Assembly (NCBI RefSeq): GCF_006345805.1
Contig: NC_043011.1
Location: 18,116,464 to 18,180,463, forward strand
Length of the DNA stretch: 64,000 nt
Direction: 5' to 3'
Source of the DNA: Octopus sinensis
Lineage: Eukaryota
Under the pieces are notes generated by a model. That model had not been told where the DNA came from and did no database searches. It worked only from the letters and a program-made list of their open reading frames with translations. The position numbers were made by a program, and so were the translations under genes. Positions 11,741 to 23,655 of the stretch are shown here, piece after piece (position 1 is the stretch's first letter; each line of letters opens with the position of its first letter).

Positions 11741-12931
11741 CAGACTCATACATATATATTCCTTCTACTGGTGAATCGCTACCGTCCAGTAAACTATAGA
11801 AAAACCATGAAAATAGGTAAACATTGATATGCAACAATATATATCTAAGTGAACGTCAACGGTCTTTCAATGCAGCCAATCACTCTTAAAAAAAAAACTT
11901 ACACTTATATTATATTTTGAAGTGAAATATATGCGATAATATACTTCTCATGTGCACAATTATCTTTACGTCTTTAGATATTTTCTGCATTGCATTTTCT
12001 AACATATTTTTCTATGCAAATTTCAATCACTCACTCAACATACATGAATTTTAGGTACGATATTTATTCCTTTCCATCTCTTGGATAAGATACAAGAACT
12101 AAGACGTACTTTCTGATGTCATACAAGACTCCTAGTCATTTGGTTTTGTATAACTTTGTTAAGTTTGAAACTTTTCTACCACTAATCTAGCTCCTTTAAT
12201 ACTACTGCTCCGAAAATTGTGTTGCTTGTAATATTATCGCTACCATCGGAAGTATTTGAATATGATATTTTTTCCATTTAAATGGTCACGTAAATGTATA
12301 TTATTTCCTTCATTTTGTCGCAAGCACCCGCTCTGATTAGCAAATCTGATTTAGCTGTCTTTGTTAGTAATAGTAACAAATACAGCAATAATTGTTTTGT
12401 TTGTCTGATGACGGCATGTGGTAGACGTTCCGTATTTGTGAAAGAAAATAAACAAGACATTTAAATACAATTTTTCTTGCATCTAACATCACTAGCCAAG
12501 CGGAGCCATAATTGGATTAGCAAATAAATTCCATTTAACATAAACCCAAATACACCATCGTCGTCGTCGCCATCATCATCATCATCATCATCAGATATAT
12601 TATTACTTGTGTTGTTGTTTTTGCTGTTGATATTGCTGTCTTTATTGTCTTTCGATATCTACTGATTTAACAATATCCGTCTGGTATCGATCAGATGCCT
12701 TGGGCAGATATTGTAATATAGTAATGAAAGCATTTCACTGCATGATGTGCAGTGAATGTAGAGACCAACCGATGTTGTCTAACCTTATTATCAGTTAAAG
12801 TTTAAATGGAACAATCTGTAACTCTACGGTCTTTTGTCTCGAAATGTTCATCACCGATTCCGTATTATTGTTGATCTCCATTTTAAAGCTGTTTGCTTGG
12901 TTTTTGATATATTGTAATTATTTTATATATA

Positions 12932-13096
12932 GGCGCAGGAGTGGCTGTGTGGTAAATAGCTTGCTAACGAACCACATGTTTCCAGGTTCAGTCCCACTGC
13001 GTGGCATCTTGGGCATGTGTCTTCTGCTATAACCCCGGGCCGACCAATGCCTTGTGAGTGGATTTGGTAGACGGAAACTGAAAGAAGCCTGTCGTA

Positions 13097-13146
<50 letters not shown>

Positions 13147-13148
13147 TA

Positions 13149-13229
<81 letters not shown>

Positions 13230-13636
13230 CGTCCCAAAAGTTCGGAGAAAGTCTTGGAAAATAATAGTCTTTATTTTGAGGAATAATTTTTGTTGTTTTT
13301 GTGAGTACTTGGCGAGTAAAAATTCAATTTTCGCAAGTGTTTACGAACGTTTGGGACAGCCTAATCTCTCTCTCTATATATATATATCTGTATGTATGTA
13401 TATATGTATGTGTGTGTGTTTGTGTGTCTGTGTTTGTCCCCCTAGCATTGCTTGACAACCGATGCTGGTGTGTTTACATCCCCGTCACTAAGCGGTTCGG
13501 CATAAGTGACCGATAGAATAAGTACTGGGCTTACAAAGAATAATTCCCGGGGTCGATTTGCTCGACTAAAGGCGGTGCTGCAGCATGGCCGCAGTTAAAT
13601 TCACTGAAACAAGTAAAAGAGAAAGAGAAAGAGAGA
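12932..13636 (+). mobile_element. SINE family A, complete bipartite copy (tRNA head, internal (TA)n/(TG)n, 3' module, (GA)-rich tail)
   Basis: ggcgcaggagtggctgtgtgg A-box-like, ggttcagtccc B-box-like; about 10 related copies in the window. Confidence 0.9.
13223..13365. mobile_element. 143-bp Tc1/mariner-type MITE inserted in the SINE's (TA)n
   Basis: Imperfect TIRs ATAAGGTCGTCCCAAAAGTTCG / revcomp ATTAGGCTGTCCCAAACGTTCG. Confidence 0.75.
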
Positions 13637-14594
13637 ATCTATTGGACAGCAAGGAAGAATGCTCCAGTTTCAGATTTTAATATCGATTTCGGCTACAACC
13701 GATGGATTTGTGGTTAGTCAGCATCAACATCATGCATGAGAAGTAAATATTGCATGAGTTGAGGGATTCGTTGTTGTTTATTTTTCAAAGGCTCAAGGTT
13801 CTAAGACTTTAACTTTGTGGATTCTGGCTACCATTGTCGGTTGTACATGATACAAATTTGCAGTACCTTTAATGTTTCCTACTTCATTGTTGTATTTTCT
13901 CCACATCTTTCATTACCAGTCAGAATGTCTTGTTATTTTTGTCGTATTTTACTATCCTTCAATCTTTGTTTATGTCTGAATATTTTCGCACGCCAGTTAT
14001 ACCAGTTTTATAGGATAATGAAAGTTGGATGTGTTTTCAACCACTTGTTTTCCTTGACAGAAAAAGGAAGGTCGATATTTACCTTAGGGTCATACATTTT
14101 GTTGTCGGAGACACATTTTCCTGATTCTTACATAAACTGAATTTCCTATAAGCCTCAGTAGATGACATTCAAGCTACATTCTATAAACTATTCAGCTAAT
14201 TTGTTGATGCATTCACTAAAATTATTAGACTTGATTTCAGTTTGTGGAAGTGATTTACTTTTCTGTAATACCTTTCTTGGAACCTGTTCCTCATTTGAGT
14301 ATATTGAATTGTGTGTCCTTCGATTACACTTGATAGCAAGGGGGCGGAATCCTTAGAACATTGATCTCGATTTAATCGACTAATCCATTCCTACAAAATA
14401 TGTGCCACTTGGAATCTTTCTTGGCTACTTGAATATACGTCGATGTGTGAGAACATCGGTGCCGAGATTTGACACTTCCACTTCTAAAATAAGTCTTAAA
14501 TATTTTTCTACAGTTTCCAAAAGCGGGCATATTGGGAGTGTGGTGACCTACATATACTCCCGTACATACATCAGCGCACAAAACTAAATGTGGC

Positions 14595-14597
<3 letters not shown>

Positions 14598-14672
<75 letters not shown>
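14598..14672. repeat. (TA)n microsatellite
   Basis: Direct reading. Confidence 0.95.
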
Positions 14673-14677
<5 letters not shown>

Positions 14678-15899
14678 AACTTAGATAAGTATTGGGATAT
14701 TTATGCATGTATATTTACACATACACATATCCATATGCTTCTATATACCTGTTTGTATGTATGTATGCATACATCTATCATTGAACTAAAATAGCATGTA
14801 TATATACACATGAGTATGTGTCTGTAAAGTAAATATGAGAGAGATAGTACGATCAAGACACCATCACTAGTTGGAGCGTGTACTATCCGTACAGGCAAAA
14901 TTAATAAAATACAGATATATAAGATATATATTTATATATATAGATACAGACGTACTACGTGAGCACCAGCATCGCTAAAAATAGATGTTAATATACTTCT
15001 GCGGCATTGAATAGTCACAAAATTAAAAGAAGCGTGATAGAAAAAATTGCAGTGAACAATAAAACCGTCCTCTGCTAGGTCAGCGAGAGTAATGCTGTTT
15101 ATTTTGATATCATGATTTCGAATTTATCGCCAGATTGTGTGCATGATTCTCATTAGAGAATGTGAGTATTTAATTTGTATGTGAGTATTCAATTTGATTC
15201 TTTCTAGAGATAATACGGAAAGCAGAGAAAATGTTTGAATCATTCACCATCTATAAGGAACAAATTTCTTAAAACCAATCTAATTTAGCTATTTTAAAAT
15301 TATTCCATAATGTATTGCTCCATTATTCTATCGTAAAATCACGATTCGAAATGACGTAAATAAATTTTCAATGGAAATCATAATTCGCTTCATGATCAAT
15401 GTATTATGTTATAATCCCTTTTGGATAATTAAATTTTGTCAGATATTTTCAAAATAATTATTTGTAATCTCAGATTAAAACCTATGCATTTCAATAATTG
15501 CATTGAAATTAATTTGAAGGGTTTTAAAATTATCTTTTAAAATACGTTGTGTACAATATATATTTACGTATATTGTTTCAGAATCTTTAAATGAAGTTTC
15601 AATTTAGGAGGTACACACTGGATTATTTTCCTCACATTTTATATGCACAGTATGACTAAAGCGATATGATCTACTGGAAACATTGCCAGAAATTAATAAC
15701 TCAAGAAATCAGCAGTTCGGATCTAGCATTGCCAAACCCTAAGTTGCTTAAATTATATATTTTCTAATAAATCGTTAAAGGAGGTGGTATAGTACACACT
15801 TTTTCTTTTAGTGTGGACAATGCCAAAGTCCAATCTCAGAGGGACGAGACAGTCATCTCTAAGGTGAAAACCAGCAATTCTGGATATATCACAAAATTA

Positions 15900-16330
15900 A
15901 TATTGTTGAATATAATGTCCTAACCTGTTGTTATGTCCGTGGCACAAAATGCGCGACTTAACTGGAGCGTGTATTCTTCCGCTTCTATGGAAGGGATGTG
16001 CCCCACTGGTCATGCACTCCATTTGCTGTCAACACCCGTTGAGCAGAGCGTTGGGGATGCTATGGCACATAATGAGCAGACATGCGCTGTGGCTGCAACA
16101 TGTCACATGTCCATGTTGTTGGGATTTCTTTGCAGTTGTCCACTGTAACTGGCAGCACGGGTTAGGGGAGAGAATTTTCATTTCTCGATCAACAAAGTAA
16201 TGTGTGCACTTGACGGCATTCTGTTTTGGCGCTTTTCTTGAAGGTCTAAATTGTTATGGGCTGATATGGGCCATGCGAAACAAATTTGTACACAACCATA
16301 TTTCAATACAATTGAGCATTGAGAACTGGG
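15900..16330 (-). mobile_element. Possible highly decayed RTE-like LINE remnant
   Basis: GC-richer island; minus-strand fragments (WxGHV-like, DSKWSA) loosely resemble the RTE C-terminal WAGHV..D.RW motif. Confidence 0.3.
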
Positions 16331-18406
16331 GCAAGAAACTTGGCTTGGGTGAAGCCTTGATACATTTTTATGAATGAAGATCTTTCCATGTGATTAAATA
16401 TGAATAGAATTCTCCATTTGCATGGTTTCAAACCTGTTTCGAATGGTCACTTTTCGGAACCATTCAGTACAGTGCGCACTGTGAATCCAGTGTGTCCCCT
16501 CTTAATCTTTCTTAACATTTTATATCTACTACAGCCTTAATCGTAAACTATGGCATAGAAGAATCATGTTGTCGTACGAAGACGGTGGAAAGATGGTAGT
16601 TTCGGTCAACAGGCACATCGCGGTTATCAGAACTGCTATGCTGGTCTAGGCAGTAAACGAATGTTGTAAAAGATGAAATTAAGAAAACTAAACTAGTACA
16701 AGAAGAAAGAAGAGAAGGAAGAGGATATTAATAACCAAGAAAAAGGTGTACGCCTGTATTCTAGGAATGTACAATAATGGGATGTATCCGACATAAATTA
16801 CCATTAAATGAAGAGGTATGAGAAATACATAAGTTATTTATAGAAAAATAAGTTAACATAAATAGCGGTAGCTTGAAGAGAGAAATAATAGCGGTTAAAA
16901 AGAAGAAATTAAAGAAATCTAACTATTTTCAGAAAAGTAATAGTAATTCAATCTGTATGATTTTAGTATATGAGTAAATCCAGGTGTAAAACAGAGCAAC
17001 GGTATCAAAGGCTGAATATATAAATAATAATATGGTATTTGCTTCTGTGTTAAGGCAAAAACTTTCTGGAGAAAAATGGTGAGAGAGGTGAAGACATTTT
17101 TTGAAGAACATCATGCACACGAATATCATGAGTTGAATGGAAATCGCTATCGGACTCTAAAATCAGATTAAAGTATTTGAGTGCAGCTTCTGTTTCATAT
17201 CAAAATATGTACACACATGCGTACATGTGTGTGCATGTGAGCGTCCGCCGTGTGTGAGTATGTGTGTGTGTGCGTGTATTTGTGTGTACGTCTATGTTTG
17301 TAACGATATATGCGACTGTGAATATAGGCTTGTTTGTATATTAATATGCGCGTTTGAATCGTAAAAAGATATTTAAGTAAGCCAATCAATACATCAAATA
17401 CAGAGGCACTATTTATTTATTACTTAAATGGCTTTGATGAGATTACTTATTACCCTTTATAAAATATGCATACAGTTATTCACAGATATTTGGATAGCTA
17501 TCAGTATAAATGCAAATATGCATGCCTCTATGTATATGTGCATGCTTTCAATTTGTCTCTTGGAAAATCGTATATACCATCGGTCGACAAGAGCAGAATA
17601 AATCATCTGGGAGATATGAAATAATGTTGGCCATTCAAAAACGAATGCAATACTAACAGTATTTATTGTAGTACAATTAGGTAATATCTATGTCATTTTA
17701 CTATCCCATTGTTTTCTATGTTTCACAATCTAAATAATTTTTGAATTGATTTTTTCTACCCAGGAGAAAATTGATATTTGTTGTGCAATTATTTTCATAT
17801 GAGCTCAAGCTTGGCTATAAACTAGTGACATCAGTTCAATGTATCAATAATACATTTTCCTCTGATGTAGCTAATGATGGAGGAATAAATTTGGTTTATG
17901 AGATTTTTTTTGTCTGGTAACCCAGTTCTTCACATTGAACTAAAGTTCAAGCTTTAAGCAATGATCAATTCAAAAGGACAGATGCAATTATTCGAGCAAC
18001 TGATGTCAATAACCTATCTCATTATAAAAGAGCTGTAAAAAAATACAATTTTCATGCGATGGTGTTGGTGTTGCTGATGATGTTGGAGCTGCAGTTAACA
18101 GTAGTTTGGACCTGATCGAACTAACTAATGTAATGCATTCTGTCACAATCCCTTAATATTTAGTGTCATGGCCATAGAATATGCTGATACCGTACGTAAA
18201 GTATTGAGGCAGAACTTCATGGGGATTTGTTCGTATTGCTGGAAGACGGAAATTTAATGTGAATACCCAGACTTTCTGCTTTTCACTGTTATACTGCGTT
18301 CGAAATTTACTTACTTGGCTGCATAATACACAGTTCATTTAGAAAACGTTATCGCATTAAAAAAACAACGATTTAGCTTCAAAGTTGACGGTAATTGTTG
18401 TGAGGG

Positions 18407-18548
18407 ATTCCACCGAGGTCGACTTTGCCTTTCATCCTTTCGGGGTCGATGAAATAAGTACCAGTTACGCACTGGGGTCGATATAATCGACTTAATCCGT
18501 TTGTCCTCTCTGTATCTAGCCCCTTGTGGGTAGTAAAGAAATAGGTAT
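18407..18548 (+). mobile_element. SINE family B, 5'-truncated, with 12-bp TSD
   Basis: Core gaggtcgactttgcctttcatcctttcggggtcgat; TSD TTGTTGTGAGGG at 18395-18406 and 18549-18560. Confidence 0.9.
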
Positions 18549-18557
18549 TTGTTGTGA

Positions 18558-18632
18558 GGGTGCAATCTAGCTTAATGGTAGAGCGCTCAACCTGTATCTA
18601 ATGGATACGAGTTCGATTCTTGTAGCCACCTC
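18558..18632 (+). pseudogene. tRNA-like relic (tRNA pseudogene or isolated SINE head)
   Basis: A box TAGCTTAATGGTAGAGC with D stem; T stem ACGAG-TTCGATT-CTTGT; anticodon arm and acceptor stem defective. Confidence 0.55.
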
Positions 18633-18899
18633 CTGCCAAAATTTTCCGTCTTATAAAGGTAAATACATCAACTCACTGTTGTCTTGAAAATTATACTGCG
18701 TTCCGAGAACGTAAATTATACACACACACACGTGTGTGTGTGTGATTTTGTGTGTGCAAAAATAGAGAAAAATAGAAAACTAATTTTTGAAATACTTTAA
18801 AAATTTTGTTTTCTGTTACCATAAAATATAATTATTCTACTGTAAATCTTATAGATGCAACTTTTAGTTTAAGCACAGGATTATCTGAGCCTTTCCACA

Positions 18900-19760
18900 A
18901 GCGAAATGATGACTTGAAGTACATTAATGTACAGTCAAATCATCCACTTTCTTTAATAAAATGACTAGTAAAAACCATCTAATAGAATGTCGAAACTATC
19001 AGCGATGGAAGCAATTTTTAATGCACATTCAGCGCATGATAATGGTGTATTAGCTTCCGCTGGATATACGGAAAAGATAGAATACATGTACGAGAATAAT
19101 ATTGCTAATTCTAGTAGATTTGAAACTAAGAGAACTAAACCTCGCATAATGGCACACATTTGTAAACACAGTACTGAGAGAGTCAGTAAGAATAAACTAT
19201 AAATAAGGAGCTGAAAATAAAGAACATTAAATAGGACACCTCCATATCGCACATTATCAACAATACATAAAACAAATGATGCAAGGAATTTGATGATATC
19301 TGTAGTTTAATTCGATATACGGATTACAAATATCTAAAGAATTCTTTACCGCATTCGTTAAATGTTTTCCAAAATCCATTACAAGCTACAAGATTTTTAT
19401 CAGGCACACTGAAGGTATCTTATACATACTCTAGTAATCTCGAATAATTTAGCCTAAAATTGATAATAAGAAGATTAAAAGAGAATACAAATAAGATGTG
19501 AGGGAATTAAAGAGAACAGTTCATATAAGGTCTCGGATTAAAACAAACAAAAATAGGTCAAACAATTGCCACTAATTACAAAATTAATGGTATAAACAAA
19601 TGCAAAGAATGCTCATAATACTTATTACAGAAGCAATGAAGAGAACGAAAGCCAATTAAAGCTTCATAAATGAAGAAATTACGGAAGAAAATACCAGAAA
19701 TGAAAGAAAAAAGAACAAGGAAAGCGTAAGTAGAATAATTAGAAACAATTGTACAATTAA
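18900..19760 (+). mobile_element. Penelope-like element remnant (thumb, linker, decayed GIY-YIG)
   Basis: QSNHPLSLIK, RMSKLSAMEAIFNAH..NGVLASAGY, KCFPKSITSYKIF..T.KVSY. Confidence 0.7.
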
Positions 19761-20311
19761 CGACAAAAGCTCATGTCCATTACGAAGCGCATGCTCATAT
19801 ATTATACGTCACAACTGCACAGTGATAAGATGAGGCGCATATGTGCGGATAGGTGCCTCTGCAGATTAAAAAAAAAAATCTATATCGGGACCATGTTGTC
19901 AGTTTTAGTAGAATTGATTAAGAGGCATTCTACCTCACGAGCGAACTTACTACGGAGACAAAGAGAGAATGGAGTGAAATATGGTATCACTTAGCGCTAA
20001 CTAAAGAATGTACACCCCTAAGATACGCTTGTGCATTTTATTGTGTGAAGACACATTAAACACCATGTGCTTCGAAAAATATGAAAGTTTAAAGCTACAG
20101 ACTTCTGTACAGTTTTTCACGATTTGATACGGATAATTACTTAACTTTTTATTGTGACTGTCTATACTCACCGAACTTAATATATTTTCCTTCCTTTTTA
20201 CATATACTGATATAACCTTACCAGTAAGTATTATGTGTATATTATTCAGATCCCAGTAAATGGCATGATGTTTGAATCATGTCTATATACATGTATATCG
20301 ATGATGTTCTT

Positions 20312-20672
20312 TCTCTTTTTTACTTTTTTACTTGTTTCAGTCATTTCACCACAGGACTTATTCCTTTTAAGCCTAGTACTTATTCTATCGCTATATTTTG
20401 CCGAACCGCTAGGTAACGTGGACAAACATATCACCATCACACACACACACATATATATAGATACATTTACATGCGTGAATACGCACGCACACACACGCGC
20501 GCGCGCGCGCGCGCGGGATTCTTCAGTTTCCGTCTACAAATTCCCCTCAGAAAGCTTTGGTCGGCCCGAAGCTATGCTACAACACACTTGCCAAAGATCC
20601 CACGCAATGGGACTGAACTCGGAAGCATATGGATTGGAAGCAAGTTTCTTCTCACGCAGTCACTCCTGTGCC
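20312..20672 (-). mobile_element. SINE family A copy with internal (CA)/(CG) microsatellite
   Basis: Reverse complement matches the 5' module (20514-20672) and a deleted 3' module (20312-20450). Confidence 0.85.
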
Positions 20673-20709
20673 TATATGTAACTCTCTGTATGTATAAACA
20701 CACACACAC

Positions 20710-20758
<49 letters not shown>

Positions 20759-21299
20759 GTCTCTGAGCTTTTCCATATATTGTTCGCCAGAGACCGAATG
20801 GTAAACGGACTTTTGCAGTCGGCTTTTCGATGCCCCCATTGGCGGCGTTTTACTTATCTTGCTTATAAATGACGCTTACAAATGATACCTGCACCCGGTT
20901 ACCCTGCTTATATGAAAATAGCCCTTGGAAATAATTTTTTGAAAAAGCTTTTTAAGATAGATTTGATTAACCATTGCAAGGGGAATTACTCCCATTAGGC
21001 GAATGGTGTTTTGTTTTGACGACGTGAGGTTTTTTGACAAAGCATGATTAGACGAACACACGAATACATAAAATTATTTTCTGCCGCCCGACAGATTTTT
21101 CAGCAGTGACCATTGTGCAGTGCTTTTTACCAACTTACGGCCGCGCACATATAGAACAGTTCATACACACATGTTTCTAAGTAGATTTTGCCCCGCCCCA
21201 CATAATACACCTAATATTCTTAAAATAGTCAGAACCTTAGTCTCGATCACAAAGAACATCTACGCACCCCATGCTCTCACCCACCGGATTGACCGCTGC

Positions 21300-21729
21300 C
21301 TGACCTGTAAATATCTTCAACGCGCCCACCACCCGATTTCAACATTGATAAACAGTTTGGCCATGGGCTCTTAGGAGCCTCCTCGTTCGATTTGTTTTGC
21401 TGCGCCTCTGTTCTGTTTTTGTCCTGCCAACGGAATTCCTATTTCTTCCTGAAGAGAAAGACACAATATGGTCTCCTTATTCAATCGGAATTTGGTAAAT
21501 TGTAGCTTTCGAAACACGTGTAGAATGCAATAAAAGGATTTCTGTTCAATCTTCGTTCAACTCCATTTCTTCAATTCACTAATAATATTAAAATTCAATT
21601 ATTCGCACCAACGCACGGTTGCAACACCATATGGTTGTACCTCCAACCGTGCTTTCTTCTGCTGTGATTTTTGCTACCAAGGTATCGGTTAAACTTTTGA
21701 TTAATCTGCAACAAGATTATTCATCTTTC

Positions 21730-21733
<4 letters not shown>
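21300..21733 (+). mobile_element. ~435-bp interspersed repeat carrying a hammerhead ribozyme (copy 1; pLTR/retrozyme-like)
   Basis: Reverse complement of 38713-39147; 3' end abuts (TA)n. Confidence 0.85.
21441..21531 (+). ncRNA. Type I hammerhead ribozyme (predicted)
   Basis: Stem I ATTTCTTC/GAATGCAAT; CTGAAGA 21449-55; stem II GAAAG..ACAAT/ATTGT..CTTTC; GAAA 21511-14; palindromic stem III ACACGTGT; GUA cleavage triplet 21520-22. Confidence 0.8.
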
Positions 21734-21763
<30 letters not shown>

Positions 21764-22825
21764 ATATATATTATATATATATATATATATTATATATATA
21801 TATATGCATATTTATATATATATGTATGTATGTATGTACGTATGTATGTATATATATAAATATATGTATATATATTCATAGTTGGATCTATGTGTATATA
21901 ACAAAAACTCATAACTCCTTCCTGTATATATCCATATACATGTATACAAGTATAGAGAATATATACAAATACGTATATATTTATGTATCTGGGTGTGTGT
22001 GTGTAAGAAAAATGGGATTGATTAAAAAATCCTTGCCGATATCATGTATACACTCAGTATAAAGGAATATAATTTTAATTCCTACATCTAGATATAAGTA
22101 TTGTTATATTTGGTTCTTCAAATACTAGTTGAAAATCTAGATTTTATGATCAGTCTAATTCCTTTAAGTACAGAAGGAAATGTATTTATACTAATCTTAG
22201 TAAATGCATGTAGAATTTAATATTAAATATGATCCACGGAGATCATTATTTGTTATGCACTCTCATTTAATATTGCTAATTCTAATTCCTGTTGTGATCT
22301 TTGCATCGAAGGATTATATTTTATAATTACTTACAAATTAATTTTATTGAATTTTAAATGGGCAATTAAGTTTGAGATGTCTCCATAAATATAGGAAGAC
22401 TTTCAAATATTTCATTTATTAATTATAATAATCTTTTCGGTAATTATTATATAATAAGGTTAAATTCTATTAAAGTGCTTAATGTAATGGGTAAGTAATT
22501 ACTTTACGCTATAATCTAGTCGGCATTTAATGGCAAGAGACGCTATGAAAAACCATCGAATAAAAGGGAAGTTACTCTAATAAGTAGAAAATATATAAAA
22601 GGAAAAATTATTAAAAAATGCACGGACCCATATTTGGACAATGCATCAACATAAATCTCTTGCGTTCACAACATCTACATAAGTGCACACCCACACAAAC
22701 GTGTATATGTAATGCACATAAACGCTTTTCCACATACACACGCACACATGCATATATATATGTGTGTGTCTATGCAACCTCATCTTCATGTACAAAAAAG
22801 TGCTTACATGCATACAAATAACATA

Positions 22826-22889
<64 letters not shown>

Positions 22890-22894
<5 letters not shown>

Positions 22895-23079
22895 CGCGTG
22901 TGTATCGTAGGCGATTTTCTTTCTCCATCTACCCTTCTTTGGATTTTTCTATATTTCTGACGAAGAGCTCCGCTCGGAACCTGATGTCCTCTTTCTTTTC
23001 TTTCTTTTCCAGTGCCTCCAATAACACTGTACTTGTTCCACGTCCTCGCGTTGCTGTTTTCTCTTGTTCATGTTTGGAT

Positions 23080-23085
<6 letters not shown>
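22890..23085 (+). mobile_element. Short pLTR-like repeat (family D) with decayed minimal HHR
   Basis: CTGACGA-A-GAGC-TCC-GCTC-GGAAC; downstream sequence related to 57160-57500(-) and 41670-41870; ends in (TA)n. Confidence 0.6.
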
Positions 23086-23141
<56 letters not shown>

Positions 23142-23238
23142 AATAATTTCTAATTTGCTACGATTTATATTTATGTATGAATGCATTATAAAATATAACA
23201 CATGAACTTTTTACAATGTTCATTGTAAAAGCACGATA

Positions 23239-23655
23239 GGCGCAGGAGTGGCTGCGTGGTAAGTAGCTTGCTAACCAACCACATGGTTCCGGGTTCAGTC
23301 CCACTGCGTTGCATCTTGGGCAAGTGCTTTCTGCTATAGCCCCGGGTCGACCAATGCCTTGTGAGTGGATTTGGTAGACGGAAACTGAAAGAAGCCTGTC
23401 CTATATATGTATATATATATATATATGTATGTGTGTCTGTGTTTGTCTCCCTAGCATTGCTTGACAACCGATGCTGGTGTGTTTACGTCCCCGTCACCTA
23501 GTGGCTCGGCAAAAGAGACCGATAGAATAAGTACTGGGCTTACAAAGAATAAGTGCCGGGGTCGAGTTGCTCGATTGAAGGCGGTGCTCCAGCAAGGCCG
23601 CAGTCAAATGACTGAAACAAGTAAAAGAGTAAAGAGAGAGAGAGAGAGAGAGAGA
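23239..23655 (+). mobile_element. SINE family A, complete copy
   Basis: Both modules, short internal (TA)n/(TG)n, (GA)n tail. Confidence 0.92.

Noticed and set aside
12400-12460. CTGATGA followed by GAAA as another hammerhead
   Set aside because: No stem II closure and no stem III/UH triplet; similar isolated CTGATGA hits at 18075, 45462 and 58098 also fail
12932-13000. SINE heads as functional tRNA genes
   Set aside because: They have A/B boxes but no complete cloverleaf and continue into repeat bodies
13850-14400. Possible very old PLE remnant on the minus strand
   Set aside because: Motif fragments are too degenerate to support without a profile search
18153-18338. KQKVWVF segment resembling a mariner catalytic-domain start
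   Set aside because: One short motif with no TIR or DD34D context; too weak to call
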